The notes beneath the pieces were generated by a model. That model was not told the origin of the DNA. It ran no database searches and worked only from the letters and a program-made list of their open reading frames with translations. A DNA stretch of 64,000 nt from Hormiphora californensis. Lineage: Eukaryota; Animalia; Ctenophora. The stretch is from assembly GCA_020137815.1 (NCBI GenBank), contig CM035357.1, positions 4,588,001 to 4,652,000 of the forward strand, read 5' to 3'. The translations under genes and the position numbers were made by a program. Shown one piece after another: positions 15,896 to 29,078 of this stretch; within the stretch, counting starts at the first letter, position 1; every line of letters begins with the position of its first letter.

Positions 15896-18693
15896 AGTTT
15901 CTTTACTATAGAGGGTTATCTATTTATCTATACATATAATAACGGCTAAAGAGCTAGGCTCTCTCCTTCTCAGGCAAATTCTATAAATTGAGAATACAAA
16001 TAGATATATTTTTAATGGGAATATAATAATATGTTAAATTCAGGCTCATCTATTTAGTGATAGTGTAACACGGTCGCTTGTAGTGGGAAAACGGTAAAGG
16101 AAAACTGAGATACAGTAAGACGACGCGCAACCGTGGCCAATCAGGGCGTTAGTACGTGCTGAACACATGCACTTTTTGCCGCGTGTTATGCAACGTGTGC
16201 GTCTCCTTACTGTATTTTCATTACGGTAATACGACTACAAGCAGCACTGTAACGTATAACGTGTTAAAGTGTACCCCTATGTACAAAGCATTACAAAGAC
16301 ATGAGCGTTCCTAGAATAAGGGAGAGAGAAGAAAACAATATGTATACAATACAAAAGCCTTATATAGCAGGACCTTGAGCTACGCAAAGGCATAATAATG
16401 CAACCGTAAAAATGTGTTTACACTTTATACATAATAAAAGTCACACAGAGGGAATGAAATGCAGGGATGGCTGTCAACCGAAGAACTTTATTAGGTCCCT
16501 TATTGCGTGTACAGAATGTCTGCAAAGAAATTATTGCTCTCTCCCCCACCTCAATATACAATTCTTAATACCGTAGGCGAATAAAATTGCTGGAGTATTG
16601 CAATATCAAAACTGCCAGATCAATTTTGGATTCTAGGGCAGTTGTTTGACCACTCAATACTCATCTAAATATTCATCCTTCAGAAACTCCCTGGCTCTAT
16701 ATACAAGTGGTACGTACACACCTCCATCACCTCTCTCTACAACACGGCCGGGGGTGTAACCAAGGAGAACCAGCTGAAGATAACCCAGGCCAAATATGAG
16801 ACATACTACAAGGAAGCTAGCAAAACGTGAGTAGGATGAAATGTTCCTGAATTTGTTAACAAAACTTCTCGTTTACATAAAATTTAAAATGTAATGTTCG
16901 GTTGTCAACGCAACACGAAAGTGTATAACAAAACTAAAGAGAGGGAACTAGAACAAATTGAACATTGCGTAATAAAAGGCAAAAGTCGAAACTACAGGAG
17001 CTTTACATGACCTAGAGAAATGTAACGACACATAAAGCACGACCCACACAGTTACAGTATCAGGTTTCACACTGTTATATTATCACGTGTGTAGAGTACG
17101 TGCCTTTTGATAAGAAACATGATAGCCTTGATAATATTAAATCACGGAATGATCACATGGTGTCCCAACATAATACAGTCGGACACCGATTTTCCAGAAC
17201 CCCGAATTTCGATTTATAAAAGTGGTAGAGAACCCCGAATTTTCCAATATTATCACAATAATGATTTCTCAGGTGTAACTTTATATATTATCGGGAAATA
17301 ACCAAGCTGAACTACTGAATTGTCTTAGGTGTCAGTATTTCTCGTTTTTCCAAACCCGAGACACGGATTACCAGATTGTGGAGGTGATCAAGATGATGAG
17401 ACCGACTAAAAACACCTGTAGCGATATCAGTCAGGATGTCTGCAATAACGCAGACGTTAATGTGACTGACTGTAACGCGAGTGATAGGAAGTTGACGGTG
17501 AAACTACAGGATAAGTCAGCGCAGTGTCTGAGCGTTGAGTTTGTGTACCGAACACCTCAGGGCTCCCTGGTCACAAAGACAAAGACCTTCGATCAAACGG
17601 CAGACGCATGTAAGTGCATGCGATCTTGACTCCCGCCCTCGATTCTAATGTATGGCCTAATCTAAATCGTTCATTTCGCCTAAGCCAGAAAATATCAGTA
17701 GCCTAGCAAAGCAACACCATTTGATGTAGGCGGAGAGATTATCATGCATATAACTTTAAACTCCTTATTGTTTAGGTGGATCAAGAAACATGGAGGTATC
17801 CCTGCTCCAGAGTGAGCTGACAGGATCACTGACGGTGACTGATGTCCACGAAATCAAGATCACACCACAAGGAAAAACCGGGTGCACCATCAGCAATATC
17901 GGTAAGTGGTGAATGACAGATATATATGACACCCTTATACATAGCATGTGGACATGTGGGAAACTTGACTGTAACATTGTGCATGTGAAAATACCACATA
18001 TACGTACCTATTAGATGTATGTAGCATGTGCACGACAGCAATTCATGACAATCTTAGTCCTTGATCATGATCTGGATCCTTGAAAGTTAAACAGTTTGAA
18101 CTTTCTGAACTCTTATAAACTTTTTATAATTATTTTGAACTTCATGAATTCTGTCACAAATTGTTGAGTCACAAACGTAAACTTCGGAACACCACAAGAA
18201 ACCCTGCGAAGCCCAACCAGCCTTCTTCGAACCATCTCTGGAGCAGTATAGCATCATTCACAAGCAACTACTCCTACTACTACTACTACACGAATATCAT
18301 ATCAGATAAAATTTGCAACTCTAAAACGGATGGACCTGGACCTGGGCCGACCGCAGCACCTAATACGGACAGTGGTGTTGGTCTGATCGTCGGAGTAACT
18401 GTTGGGGTTGTAGTTTTAGTGTCTGCCGGTGCTGGCGTTGCTTATTTCTACATAACATCGGTAAGGATATGTTTTAAGTTTGCCAAATCGACAAGCTCAA
18501 CACTTCGTCAATTGATCAAGATGTGGGTTTTACGAGCTTCCATTATATTTTGCAGCAAGGGGTAGGGGCTCCTCACATCATTGCGAACGAGGGTGCTTCT
18601 GGAGGAGGGAAATTAGCGAACCAGGAGAATGTGTACTCAAATGATGAAGGATTTATTGAACGGACATTTGGAAAAATGAAAGAGTTCGTCTAG
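8636..18693 (+). CDS. Multi-exon Ig-like type I membrane protein (isoform using 3' cassette 1)
   Basis: Exons at about 8636-8744(?), 9103-9126, 11402-11622, 11879-12022, 13546-13686, 13926-14179, 14563-14732, 15110-15214, 15385-15570, 16684-16826, 17329-17609, 17776-17901, 18306-18460 and 18556-18693. Ig motifs VTLTC, ETLACAMPSTYPESKATW..DDGYYRC, VNFTC..YQW. TM segment VGLIVGVTVGVVVLVSAGAGVAYFYI, tail ..ENVYSN..KEFV*. The 5' end is uncertain. Confidence 0.75.
9149..11281. mobile_element. Non-autonomous DNA transposon, Kolobok-like (TTAA TSD, GG termini)
   Basis: TTAA|GGCCAGAGGGGGGGGTCGACGGGTTTTTTGGGGTG..CACCCCAAAAAACCCGTCGACCCCC..TCTGGCC|TTAA. The left TIR is interrupted by a nested insertion. 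Confidence 0.8.
9196..10093. mobile_element. Nested ~900-bp foldback element with TA TSD (Tc1/mariner-like MITE)
   Basis: TA|TACGTTATATGAAAG..CTTTCATATAACGTA|TA, with ~440-bp near-identical arms and a ~20-bp loop. Removing it restores the host TIR. Confidence 0.85.
12060..13442. mobile_element. Foldback element with ~600-bp arms, Kolobok-like right end, left tip missing
   Basis: 12060-12656 is the reverse complement of 12839-13435. The right end reads ..GGTTAGCGTACCC|TTAA. Confidence 0.8.
14349..14447. repeat. ~100-bp hairpin (small MITE-like)
   Basis: AGGTAGAAATGGTGGAGGAGAGAGG..CCTCTCTCCTCCACCATCTCTACCT. Confidence 0.75.
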
Positions 18694-19049
18694 GTTTTTT
18701 TAAATATTAAAATTAAACATGTTGGTACATATTGTTAGTATTGTACGAAATTGTAAAATGCTGCTGGCCTGTGGTTCAGGTTAAAATTGTTTTGTAAAAC
18801 CATGTAATATTTTTATTTTAAGAAATTGATTTTGGCAAAGTGACTTTTTGACGGAAATGGAAGCGGAACCTGGTGATATCGATCTCATCAATCTACAAAT
18901 TATGACAACAACCAGACTTTCGACAGGCGATTGTGAATCCCATGAACACCTTCGCCTAGTGACACCGACAAAACATGATGACAAAGACCCAAACCACTAA
19001 CAAATAACTCAACTAATTAATTACTTAATTAAAAGTTATATTCGTGCAG

Positions 19050-19887
19050 ACAAAAATGTGTGTCCTGAACCGCCACCCACAGAGGAACCAGACAGTGAGG
19101 CGACCTTCTCCTGCCATGTGGGGCAATACAAAGACTCAACTGCCAAGTTACCATGGATACTGAATGCCAGTGAGACGTGTGAGGTGGTGACGGCTGATCT
19201 CACCCGGTTTGGCATTGTGCCCAGTCAAGGGTGTACGATTGCAATGACGGAATCTCCAAAAACGGAGCCTACCATGGAACCTTGTAAGTTGAACACATGT
19301 CCAATACACCCCTGTAACATTTTGAAGTGACGAAGGACGTGAATTGGTAATGAAATTACCCCTCCGCACAAGTATTAGGAGTGACCAAGGACGTGACCAA
19401 GGACGTGACTTCTAATTTTTGTTCAATATGATCAGGTACGAATAAAATAAAGTTCAGTAACCTTACGGACGATGCGAGATATACGCTAACTTGGCGAGAA
19501 CTTATCAACGATCAAAACTGTGTCTATGATATACGTAAGTGCACAGACATTACATACAAGACTTGTTGAGTAAGGGGGAGAGATCTCCCACCCCTGACTC
19601 AACAATACAAGACTTGCTATATATGTTCGTACTGTTGTTGGGGACCACACGAAAAGACACTTTAGTGACATGATTACTTGTTACAACAGACACCACAACA
19701 GACGTAGAGCTGACGTAGACAAAGACACCAGTATAGAGAGTAATGCCGACGAAGCTTGATCCATCTTCTTCTCCTGATCTCACCATAGCAATTCCTTTCA
19801 GAGGTGGATTGCGTATCGAGTAACGAACTAGGACTAACCATCTCCTTCATCATCATTCTTTCCTTAATTTCTCTATTTGTCCTCTAA
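19050..19887 (+). CDS. Alternative 3' cassette 2 of the Ig-like gene: extra Cys-containing extracellular domain plus GPI-anchor-like C-terminus
   Basis: Exons 19050-19283, 19436-19534 and 19802-19887 join in frame (all phase 1): DKNVCPEP..CTNKIKFSNLTDDARYTLTW..QVDCVSSNELGLTISFIIILSLISLFVL*. Confidence 0.65.
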
Positions 19888-20347
19888 AGACACACCTTCT
19901 ATTTATTTATTAAATTTTCCAGATATCTGTTACTGTATTTGATTTGGTATTGAGCGTTTTCAAGGGATATGAACCATGGCAAACGTTTTGATGCAGCCAA
20001 AGTGCTGAATGCTTAATGTATAAATTCTATACTCTTATGATCAATTTGAATTCGTCTTATTATTTAATATTTGATTGAATTGTAAAAAGGCAATTTAATG
20101 TATAGTTTATTTTACTATAAATTATAAACAACTTGTTTTATTTCAAAACCCATCATATCTGCACTGACACCCACACGTAGTGTTGTACAAACTCCAAGCA
20201 TGGATATGATAATTTATATGTACGTGTGCTGGTTAACGATGTATGTACATTAAATTGGTCTAGGTAAAGCATTGCATGTTGTTCAATAACTGTTATTTCG
20301 TGAAATGTATATCCTAAGTGTTTACCAAATCCTATGTCTGCATTCAG

Positions 20348-20946
20348 GGACCTACTGTATCGATGGAGCCGATATAGATGCTGCTACATCCGAAGAAACC
20401 GCTCTACCCGTATGGGCATGGATTATCATCATCTTAGTATCAAGCACGGTGATATTAACCGTTCTGGGCGGCTGGCTGGTCTACCTCGCACCAAGGTATA
20501 GGAGCAATGATGTCGACCCTGCAGGGTGTGAAATTCATGCAAACGCCACTGCAGAACAAAAGATGGCAGAGGGAGAGCTGGTGGGGTTGAATGAAACATA
20601 TGAGAATGAACTTGTTGTGATCAGTGATCCCGAGAAGAGCGGAGTCAAATTTACCCCCGAAGCAAAATCAATAACACCGGAAGTCAAATCTAGCCTCAAT
20701 GGTAAAGGTTCCCGCTCACAAAGATCACTCTCCACATCTCCCGAATGGTCGGACTCTGAAAGTAGAGGAGGGACTGGTATGCCACGCCGACTTCCCCCGA
20801 TTAAGGATGCACCCGAAGTGAAAACTAAAATCCCCGAAGTGAAAACTAAAATCCCCGAAGTCGAAACTAAAATCCCCGAAATCAATTCTATCCCCAACAC
20901 TAAAGGGTCACAAAGTTCACTTTCTACTCCTGAATGGTCGGACTAG
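20348..20946 (+). CDS. Alternative 3' cassette 3 of the Ig-like gene: TM plus long Ser/Pro/Lys-rich tail
   Basis: Phase-1 acceptor CATTCAG|GG ACC TAC TGT. TM WAWIIIILVSSTVILTVLGGWLVYL. PEV(K/E)TKI repeats in the tail. AATAAA at 21143. Confidence 0.65.
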
Positions 20947-21279
20947 GAAATAAGAGACTATCATCCTGCGCTTCCTTCCCACGATCGGGTCAAAACCGGC
21001 AGTCGGACGTAAATGAACTTCCAAACAAACTGCTTCCCTTGTTGCAGTTGCATCTCCTGGGGAGGCCGAAATGTGTAAAATTTTAAGTTTTGTTGAGTTG
21101 TGTTTATAATATTTCTAAACTGTAAATGTCATCATATGGAAGAATAAACTTTGTTGTATCACGTCATCAAGTATCCCAGTAAAACTTAACAAGTGTACGG
21201 GGATGCTTGACTTTGTCCCGTAGAGTATTGATACTTTCTTTCTGATTCTAACTTCTAAAAACTTTACTCTCTATCGTAG

Positions 21280-21521
21280 ACGGGATATGCGGGATTTGGA
21301 AGGACGATACAGACCCAACTGAAAACACAGACAAACTCACAGACGATCAGAATCATATTGGTGGTTGGGTTGCCCTGGGAGTGGTTTTAATTTTACTTTT
21401 TGCGATTTTGATATTCTTGGCCTGGTTAACTGCTACCTACTGTGTGTTTTGTGCCATCGTAAAATGCTTGGGGACTGTTATATGTTATATCAAAAGCGAC
21501 AGGACAAGATTTTGTAATTGA
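21280..21521 (+). CDS. Alternative 3' cassette 4 of the Ig-like gene: TM plus short Cys-rich tail
   Basis: Phase-1 acceptor ATCGTAG|AC GGG ATA TGC. Reads DGICGIWKDD..GWVALGVVLILLFAILIFLAWLTATYCVFCAIVKCLGTVICYIKSDRTRFCN*. Absent from the ORF track. Confidence 0.6.
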
Positions 21522-21953
21522 TAGTGTACTTTGACATCATATTTAGAACTTGTCGCAAGTTTTTATAAAATGTGCCAATTGGTGGTTGATATTGATCCCG
21601 AATTTAGTGCTTTGATGATTTTTATTTTGAAGTTGTCACCCCATAAGGCCATAACGCGATATTCATCTGTTTTTGACCGTTTAGACGCACACACGCCACA
21701 CATGTGATAGGTGCGCAAAAAAGAGCACACACGGAGGGGGGGGGGGGTGAAAACAAAAAATCCGACTTTACCTGCCCCTTTATCTTATTACACTTAACGA
21801 AAGAAGTTCTTTGGGTCGGTAATAAGATGATATCTGAGATCGCGTCACATTAAACAAATAAACTGATAAAATATTGTTCATTGTTCCCTTTAAATATTCA
21901 CAGTCATCCGAAAGTTCATGGGGGGGAATAAAACGGCTTTATTAAAACATATA

Positions 21954-24900
21954 TCAGTATCTTCGGTTTCCTCTGTCCCTGTCGTCGTGACCATTAGAAC
22001 CACCTGAAAGAAGGTATTGGTTATTCTGAATGAGATCTGATTCATTGCAAAAAGGAGATATCAAATTACTTGCTAAACTAAATTTATTGTAAGGATTGGG
22101 TTTGCCTGATGACTGATCTTCATCCCCTGGCCTAGATACGAACTAGTATGTAGAAGCATCGTCAAAACACTTCCTCACACTGTGAGTCACATCCTGGCAA
22201 TTTACATCCTAGACATTTGAATCAGAAGAAGGGGGATGTCAGCCGTGTAACGTGTGAGTTACTTACCTATGTTAGCTGAGTATGTTCCCTTGGGTGGGGC
22301 GTAGACCTGTTGGGTACCACCCTTCCTTCTCTTGGCGGTGGGTGACAGAGGACCAGCGGTACGGGTACTAGGCCGCTTACTGAGAGAGAATCATGTATGA
22401 CTTGTGATGCAGCAACTTGGCAATGTGTATGGCAGCAAAACGTGCTATATAGCGAATAAATAAAAGCAAGACAAGAGAGGGAAACATAACACGATACAGT
22501 ACACAATGCACATGCTTTCACACCCCGTGCTAATTAGTAAGTTCTACATATATGGTCGGACCCCGATTACCGGGCAAAACCCTTTTCCCCCGAGCATCTC
22601 GGTAAATCGGGGTCTGACTGTAGTGAGTGAATAGCAAGCAAAGAAGTAAAAGTATATATTGTCAGTTTCATGCATGAATGCGACGAGTTGTGCAGAGAAG
22701 CTATTTCTCAACTTTTAGCACAATTTCCAGAAATAAAAATTGCGTTTCTCTGCTGATTGTAGCATAATAAAACAATAAGAGGGCTTAGCGACAAATTCAA
22801 AACAACACATGTGTTCAAAACAATATAGCTTACTCAGAAACGAGTGTTGGATAAAGTCGATTCCTGTGAAGGAAACAAAAATTACGTGAAGTTCTTGCCC
22901 CTCCAAAATTCATTAAAATAACCAATTCCCCGTAATCAGATTTGAAATCTGTAGCTCTATAGAGAGGAATTAGGAAACATTGTACTTACGTGACAGTCGT
23001 GTACTCCTTCTTCCACGATAGTGTTATGTCTGGAGTATAGGAGTTGTCTGAAGCCAGTGCCTGTGGGAAGAAAGATATAGATAGATAGAGAAAGAGAGCG
23101 AGAGAGAGAGATGGTTGAGAGAAAAACATTGCTTGCAAAAAGTTGCAGACATTTTGCAAGTTGCTGGGTTTTCTCCCGATGGAATTGTTTGGTCGTGCGC
23201 GTACTGCTAACACGATGTACTTTATTCATTACTAATGTGCCGCGCGCGACAAACTCTCTGCAAGAACTCTGGGGCGAAGAGATGGGCATTGGACCACGGC
23301 ACCGGAAATCGGAATAAAGAGATGGGTCCGAGTTGGACCCGGGGACATGGTTATGAACTCAACTTCAGTTAAATCAGGGCTGAATTATGGCGGACACTTC
23401 AAGCAGTCTTGATGTAGTGCCTTCTAATCACAAATGTGAGCCAATTATAGTCATAATAAGCAGAGGGGCAATGGGGACCAACTTTGTTTGTTTGGAAGAT
23501 GACAAATGTAAAGGGAGGATTAAAACATAACAATACTTTACCTTGCATAATTCTTTGCAATTCCATAACATCTTAACTACACGTGTTTTCAATGTCAACT
23601 GTTCTGGGGAGTCTTCCTCTGAAAAAAAGGGAAGTTTGTTAGTGTTTAATAAGCCAAGACAAACAAACAAACAAACAAACAAACAAACAAACAAACAAAC
23701 AAACAGACAAACAGACTTACTGACTGCAGATCGTCTCAGCCGCTTCATATAACTGGTACTTGCACGTTGTAGGTACGAGATTTTACCGGTACAGTCTGAT
23801 AGTCTATCTTCTTCTTTCAAGAATGAGGGGACCTGGGAATAGTGAAAGTATAAAAACACAGACAAACACACTCACACTCTCTCACACACTCACACACACT
23901 CACACACATTATATCTGGCGGTTCTAATAATAGAGAAACACAGACTGCTGCAGTGGCATGGTAGTGGCAGGCAACATACTCGTTCTACTAGAGATCAATT
24001 AGAGAGACGCACCACAAGTGCAACCCTAAAGAGGGCGAATGAGAGGCACTCCAAAGCTGAGAAGTTGAGTGATGGGGGATTTTCTACCTCATCCTCCTCC
24101 ACTGGGACGTTATCAGGGAAAAACGATAGGAACAGTGCATAAATACCTAGAAGAAATTAGAAAATTAGAAGGTCAGATATATTTCATACTTCTGGGATTC
24201 TATAACGCCTAGTTTTGGGAGACAATCATTTTTTCCCTTGTTTTACTTGAAAAACTAGTGTATGGGATCATGAAAGTGGATGCGCCACAAGATCATATCT
24301 CATTAGTTAGTAGATGTCTCACCGTCTATACAGAGTACAGCGTCCTCTTCTGTTACTGATGATTGGAGTGTTTCTGCCAGGCCTTGTAGAAGCTGGAAGA
24401 GGGGGTAGTGAGTAAAGATATATCAAGTAATTGTGTAACACATTGCCTTGATTTACTAGACTTTTCATGGAAAGAAGGGATTTATATCGCAGTACTCGGT
24501 ATTTAGAGGGGAAATATCGTTGATATACCCTAACCCGTGGGAGATTTATCGAGGTCTAGTAACTTGAGGTTTGGCACATCCCCCCCCCCCCTTTACATAC
24601 CAATAATTGGTGGTCTGGCTTTTCAACTTGACTGAACACAGGTAACACGCTGCCGAAATATTTCAGTATGTTGCTAGTATTGTTGCTTTTGTTGTGGTAC
24701 TTTAGTACCAGGGGAAGTACCATACTGAACTTCTCAATGCCTTCCTCATTTGTGGGCTGAAATTAATTAAAATTGTAAAATTTTGAGATTTAATATAATT
24801 CTTTAGGTATCACTGCTTGTACCGCCCGCAGTGTTATAAGTTTTCATGTATAACTGCTGGCAGTGTTATAAGTTTTCATGTATAACTGCTAGCAGTGATA

Positions 24901-27900
24901 CATGAAAACTTATAACACCGCTGCACTTAGAACTCCACTGTTTCTGTCACACTTGAAAACCGTTAGAAAGATAAGCGTGTACGAACTCTCTCTCTCTTTC
25001 TTTATGTCACACTTGCAGCACCGAGAATCGAGATCAAGATAACAGTTACGAACTCCTGGTCCAACACTCTCTATCTCTCTCACTCTCACTTGGTTTGGTT
25101 TGGTTTGGTAGGATTACGGTATGGCCACTAAGCAGCACGCTACTGTCGGCACCGTGTTATTATAATATTCATATGAAAGACCCGAAGGAGACGCAGGTGC
25201 TCAGTACCACCATATTGTCAACACTTCAGATATAAAGGGATTTTGAAAAGTGTAAGATTTCAGTTTGAGATCGGGAAGAGAGGCAGAACTATGGAAGGGA
25301 TTTGGGCTGGTTCTAGATCCCTTCATCCTGGGGAGTAGGACGGGATGCCGACCAGTGATCACGATCACATCAGACAGACAGTCTGAGTTGACCGACACGG
25401 ATACGTGTGTAGGAAGTACGTGAAGCCTAAAAAAGTATAAATCTAGCGAGACTCTGTCCTTCGCACAGTGTCAAGATTTAAACATGCAGGGGATGCAATA
25501 GAAAGGGTAATAAGAGCACGCCCCGAGGGACTGAAAATCGGTCATAGTGTCTCACTCTCACTCTCACTTATCTCTCACTCTCTTTACCTATCTCATGCAT
25601 TTTATTAGATCTTATCTTATACCGATATCTCTGCCTGCTATCCTATCATGATCATTCTATTGTTACGCCCATTCTATTGTTACGCCCTAAAGTGTCTCTC
25701 ACTTTTGTTTTCAAAATTTTACAATGCAATTTTATTATGCCTATTTCCGTTGTACCTGAAGTCAACAATAATGTCCCAGATTCTTAAACTTTTAGACCTC
25801 GCAGGCTCGGTCAAAAAGTAAAACTACATCACTCGCGAGCTCGTGAGGTAGTTACACTTAGTGGCAATCGCAGGCTCGTGCACTAAAGCGCAAGAATCTG
25901 CCTCAACCTGTGGTCTCGGATCATTATTGTCGCACTTATAACACTCGACCTTCGGTCTCGTGTTATAAGTTTTCAGGTACCACTTGTAGGTATAATAAAA
26001 TCCTACACAATTATAATTCAATTAATTAATTATTTAATTGTTTAACACAATATTAATGATTTTACAGTAACAAGTAGTGTAACAAATAGTGTAGCAAGTA
26101 GTGTCAATGTATTTCAAAGGTGCAATTTACTGTCTCGACTTACATCAAATGGCTTCTCTAATTCCAACAACTTGTTTAGTAGTTTCAAGGTTTTCTTTCG
26201 GTCAATACAAGAGGCTATGGCCATCAGCTCCACAAAATCCTTGTAATCACCGTCCCTACTAATGTAGTCCAGCTGAAAAATAGAGACCTATTAGAAACCT
26301 ACTAGAGACCTTTTAGAGACCAATTAATCACCGTCCCTACTAATGTAACCCAGCTGAAACCAAGGAGTAAACTGTTTTTTATCGACCATAAAATACGCGA
26401 TACAGCGTGTTAGGATTTAGGGGTGACTTCGTGGTACTCACGGGGTTCTCCATTTTCTAAAAAGCGCAAGGAATACGCAAGGATTACGCAAGGGTTCCGC
26501 GTTGAATACGCAAGGGTTGCGCAAGGATTACGTAACCAACATAAAAATGGGGATTGGAAGGTTTAAATATAACTCCCTGGGGTCCCTAAAACCAGGATCC
26601 CCAGACCCCCTAGAAACCCGGGAATTTCGGCGGGGGGGGGGGGGGGTTCTGCTCATACCTGTTCAATTAGAAAACTCTTCAGCTCATCATTGCCAGACAA
26701 GTTAGGGAAATACTTGTCACAGTCAGTGAGTCGTTCAAGGATAAACTTCCGTGCCGCTAACTTCACCTCCTCCTTACCATCAATCACCTGGACAAAGTTT
26801 GTTAAATTTAAAAAGTTTGTTAAATTTAAAAAGTTTGTTAAATTTGTTCTAACACTCCTTCACAAAAATATGCAATATTATATCTGTAAGAGACGGGCTC
26901 TTGAAGGGTGAGAGCGAGGCAAGGAGAAGTTTGTGTAGACATACGACTAACCCTAAAATATACGACTATACCCACATCTCACATGCCTCTAACTAGACAC
27001 AATTCACATGTCTGTCTCTATAACTATCTAATTCACATGTTCATCTCGCATCTCTCTAATGCACTGATCGGGGGGTGCGACATGTTAATTTTGTTAACTT
27101 TGTTAATATTAACATCGAGAAAACAGGTGATTTAATACATAACAAAATTAACAAAAAGTTAACAAACGTTAACAAATGCCATTTATGCCATCTAAATCCC
27201 TTTAGCACGTGTTTTTGGTATTTAACACTTGTTCTACGAGCTAAGTTGTTCCTTCTGCACGATTTGCATACCCTTACTACCTCTACTACGGCTTTTCTAC
27301 AGCGATTTGTTCCATTGTGTAAATTTTAATAAAAACTGGCCAAACTAAACCGCAATTGAAGTCAAATGACCCTAATCCACATTTTCCAACCCTAAAAACT
27401 AAATAAGACTCATGAATTTACCTTAAAACGAAAAATATCCCAAAAATAAATTTTTCTAAAAAAACACAAGGATTTGTAGCGAAGCAAATTTTCAATCTTT
27501 GACCAAAAAATTGATTTTGGAAACATTATATTTCTTTTTCCAACAGAAACGTTGTACATCATCTTCTAAGTCCAAAGAATCGATTATCAATGAAAAAATT
27601 ACGTTAAAGTGAGATTTTATACCCTAAATTGAAATATTTTTAACTTTTGGAGTTTTTTCGATTTTGAGCCAAAAAATCTGTTTATCGGACTTTGGTTATC
27701 GGAAGAGGCCTTGTTAGGGTAAATATGTGTTAGATAAGTCATTAAACTATAAAATTAAACCAGTTAAAGTCGTTGTATCAACCAATAAGAACAGTCTTTT
27801 AGCATTTGTTAATTTTGTTAATTTTGTTAATTAACGTTAATTAACAAAATCGAAAAAAGAGGTGATTTATTAACAATTAACATGTCGTCCCCCCCCCACT

Positions 27901-28901
27901 GATCTCATTATGTAACTGTCTATTGCATTGTATTGGTTTCCCGTCAGGGATTCCATGAGACGTGTGTTGCGTCCTAAATACAGCTGTATTATTTCGTTAT
28001 GTAACTATATTATTATCTGATTCACATCCCTCTGATTCACTGATCCCCCACTGATCTCATTATGTAACTATCTAACTATCTAGAGGTTATAGTAACCTCT
28101 AACTATCTCATTAGATCTACCTGATCGACAATACCACTAATGGTAGCTCGTGTTTCTTGTTTGAGTAGCTGGGCCAGGCAGTGTTTCACTATTGTCTGGT
28201 CCAGGTGGGATTCTATTGGTAATAACTGGGCCAACACGTTAGCCATCCTGCAGATGGGGGGGGGGGGGGATTTTTGTACTAATCGTAGTTTTTTAATGTT
28301 ACCTTGTAATGAGAGATTATGGGGTTTGCCGTTTGATAGGGCTAATCAATAATTTAAAGTAATTTATAATTATAAGTACCTACTTTATAAAGAGTGGTTC
28401 CTGATCACATCACTTACCTGCCTATTAGTTTACTGTCAGCTTTGCACAAGTCAGGCAGTCCCTTGATAGCTTCACGCCTAATCACCGCTTCTGCTTCCTC
28501 GCACAAATCTATGAGAGGAGTTATGTATTACAGTTGTCAGACGCCAGTTGGTACCCCGATTTACCGGAGCCCATGATCTGATACGTATAAATTCCCATAA
28601 ATATTATTCACACCCACATACAAAGATCAAATCCCGGAGCAGCCCGGTCAATCGGGGTAAATCGCAATTCTATAGACGATAGTTCATCAATACCTAGCTG
28701 AGCATTGAAGGCAGCATCCTGGTGATTTGGGAAGGATTTAAAGAATCTTGGAACAAACGAGGCACACAACCTCTTCTCGGCACCAGATCCATTCTTGATA
28801 GTAGATAGGATAGCTAGATATTCATCCTCAAACTCTCCCGCCTTATCTTTCGCATCTGCTAACACTCCAAACTTCTTATAGAGGCTCTCTACTCCCTCCA
28901 T
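21954..28901 (-). CDS. API5: Apoptosis inhibitor 5 homolog (multi-exon)
   Basis: N-terminus MEGVESLYKKFGVLADAKD..EKRLCASFVPRFFKSFPNHQDAAFNAQL|DLCEEAEAVIRREAIKGLP and C-terminal YAPPKGTYSANIG match API5. Stop TGA at 21954-21956. Confidence 0.9.
23659..23715. repeat. (CAAA)n microsatellite in an API5 intron
   Basis: Direct reading of the sequence. Confidence 0.9.
27070..27896. mobile_element. Non-autonomous DNA transposon with G-rich TIR and 8-bp TSD
   Basis: CACTGATC|GGGGGGTGCGACATGTTAATT..AATTAACATGTCGTCCCCCCCC|CACTGATC, with subterminal TTGTTAA repeats. Superfamily uncertain (Merlin or MULE-like). Confidence 0.75.
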
Positions 28902-29078
28902 TCGTCTATGATAGGAGATGGTGGAATAAGCAGGGGTTTATCAGATCTTAGTTGGTTGATGTTCGAAAACAAATAAATAGTTAAAACTTTACAAAACACT
29001 TTAAATGATTGTACTCTGAGGGTCACACTCGAAACACACAATATCTAATACTCAACAATATATATGTATTGTCTATCT

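Noticed and set aside
18857-19000. Short ORF MEAEPGDIDLINLQ.. as a further alternative tail exon
   Set aside because: I could not find an acceptor in a phase compatible with the known donors; unsupported without RNA data.
26246-26360. Duplicated API5 acceptor and exon start as an alternative exon
   Set aside because: Use of the upstream copy hits an in-frame TAA; likely a neutral local duplication.
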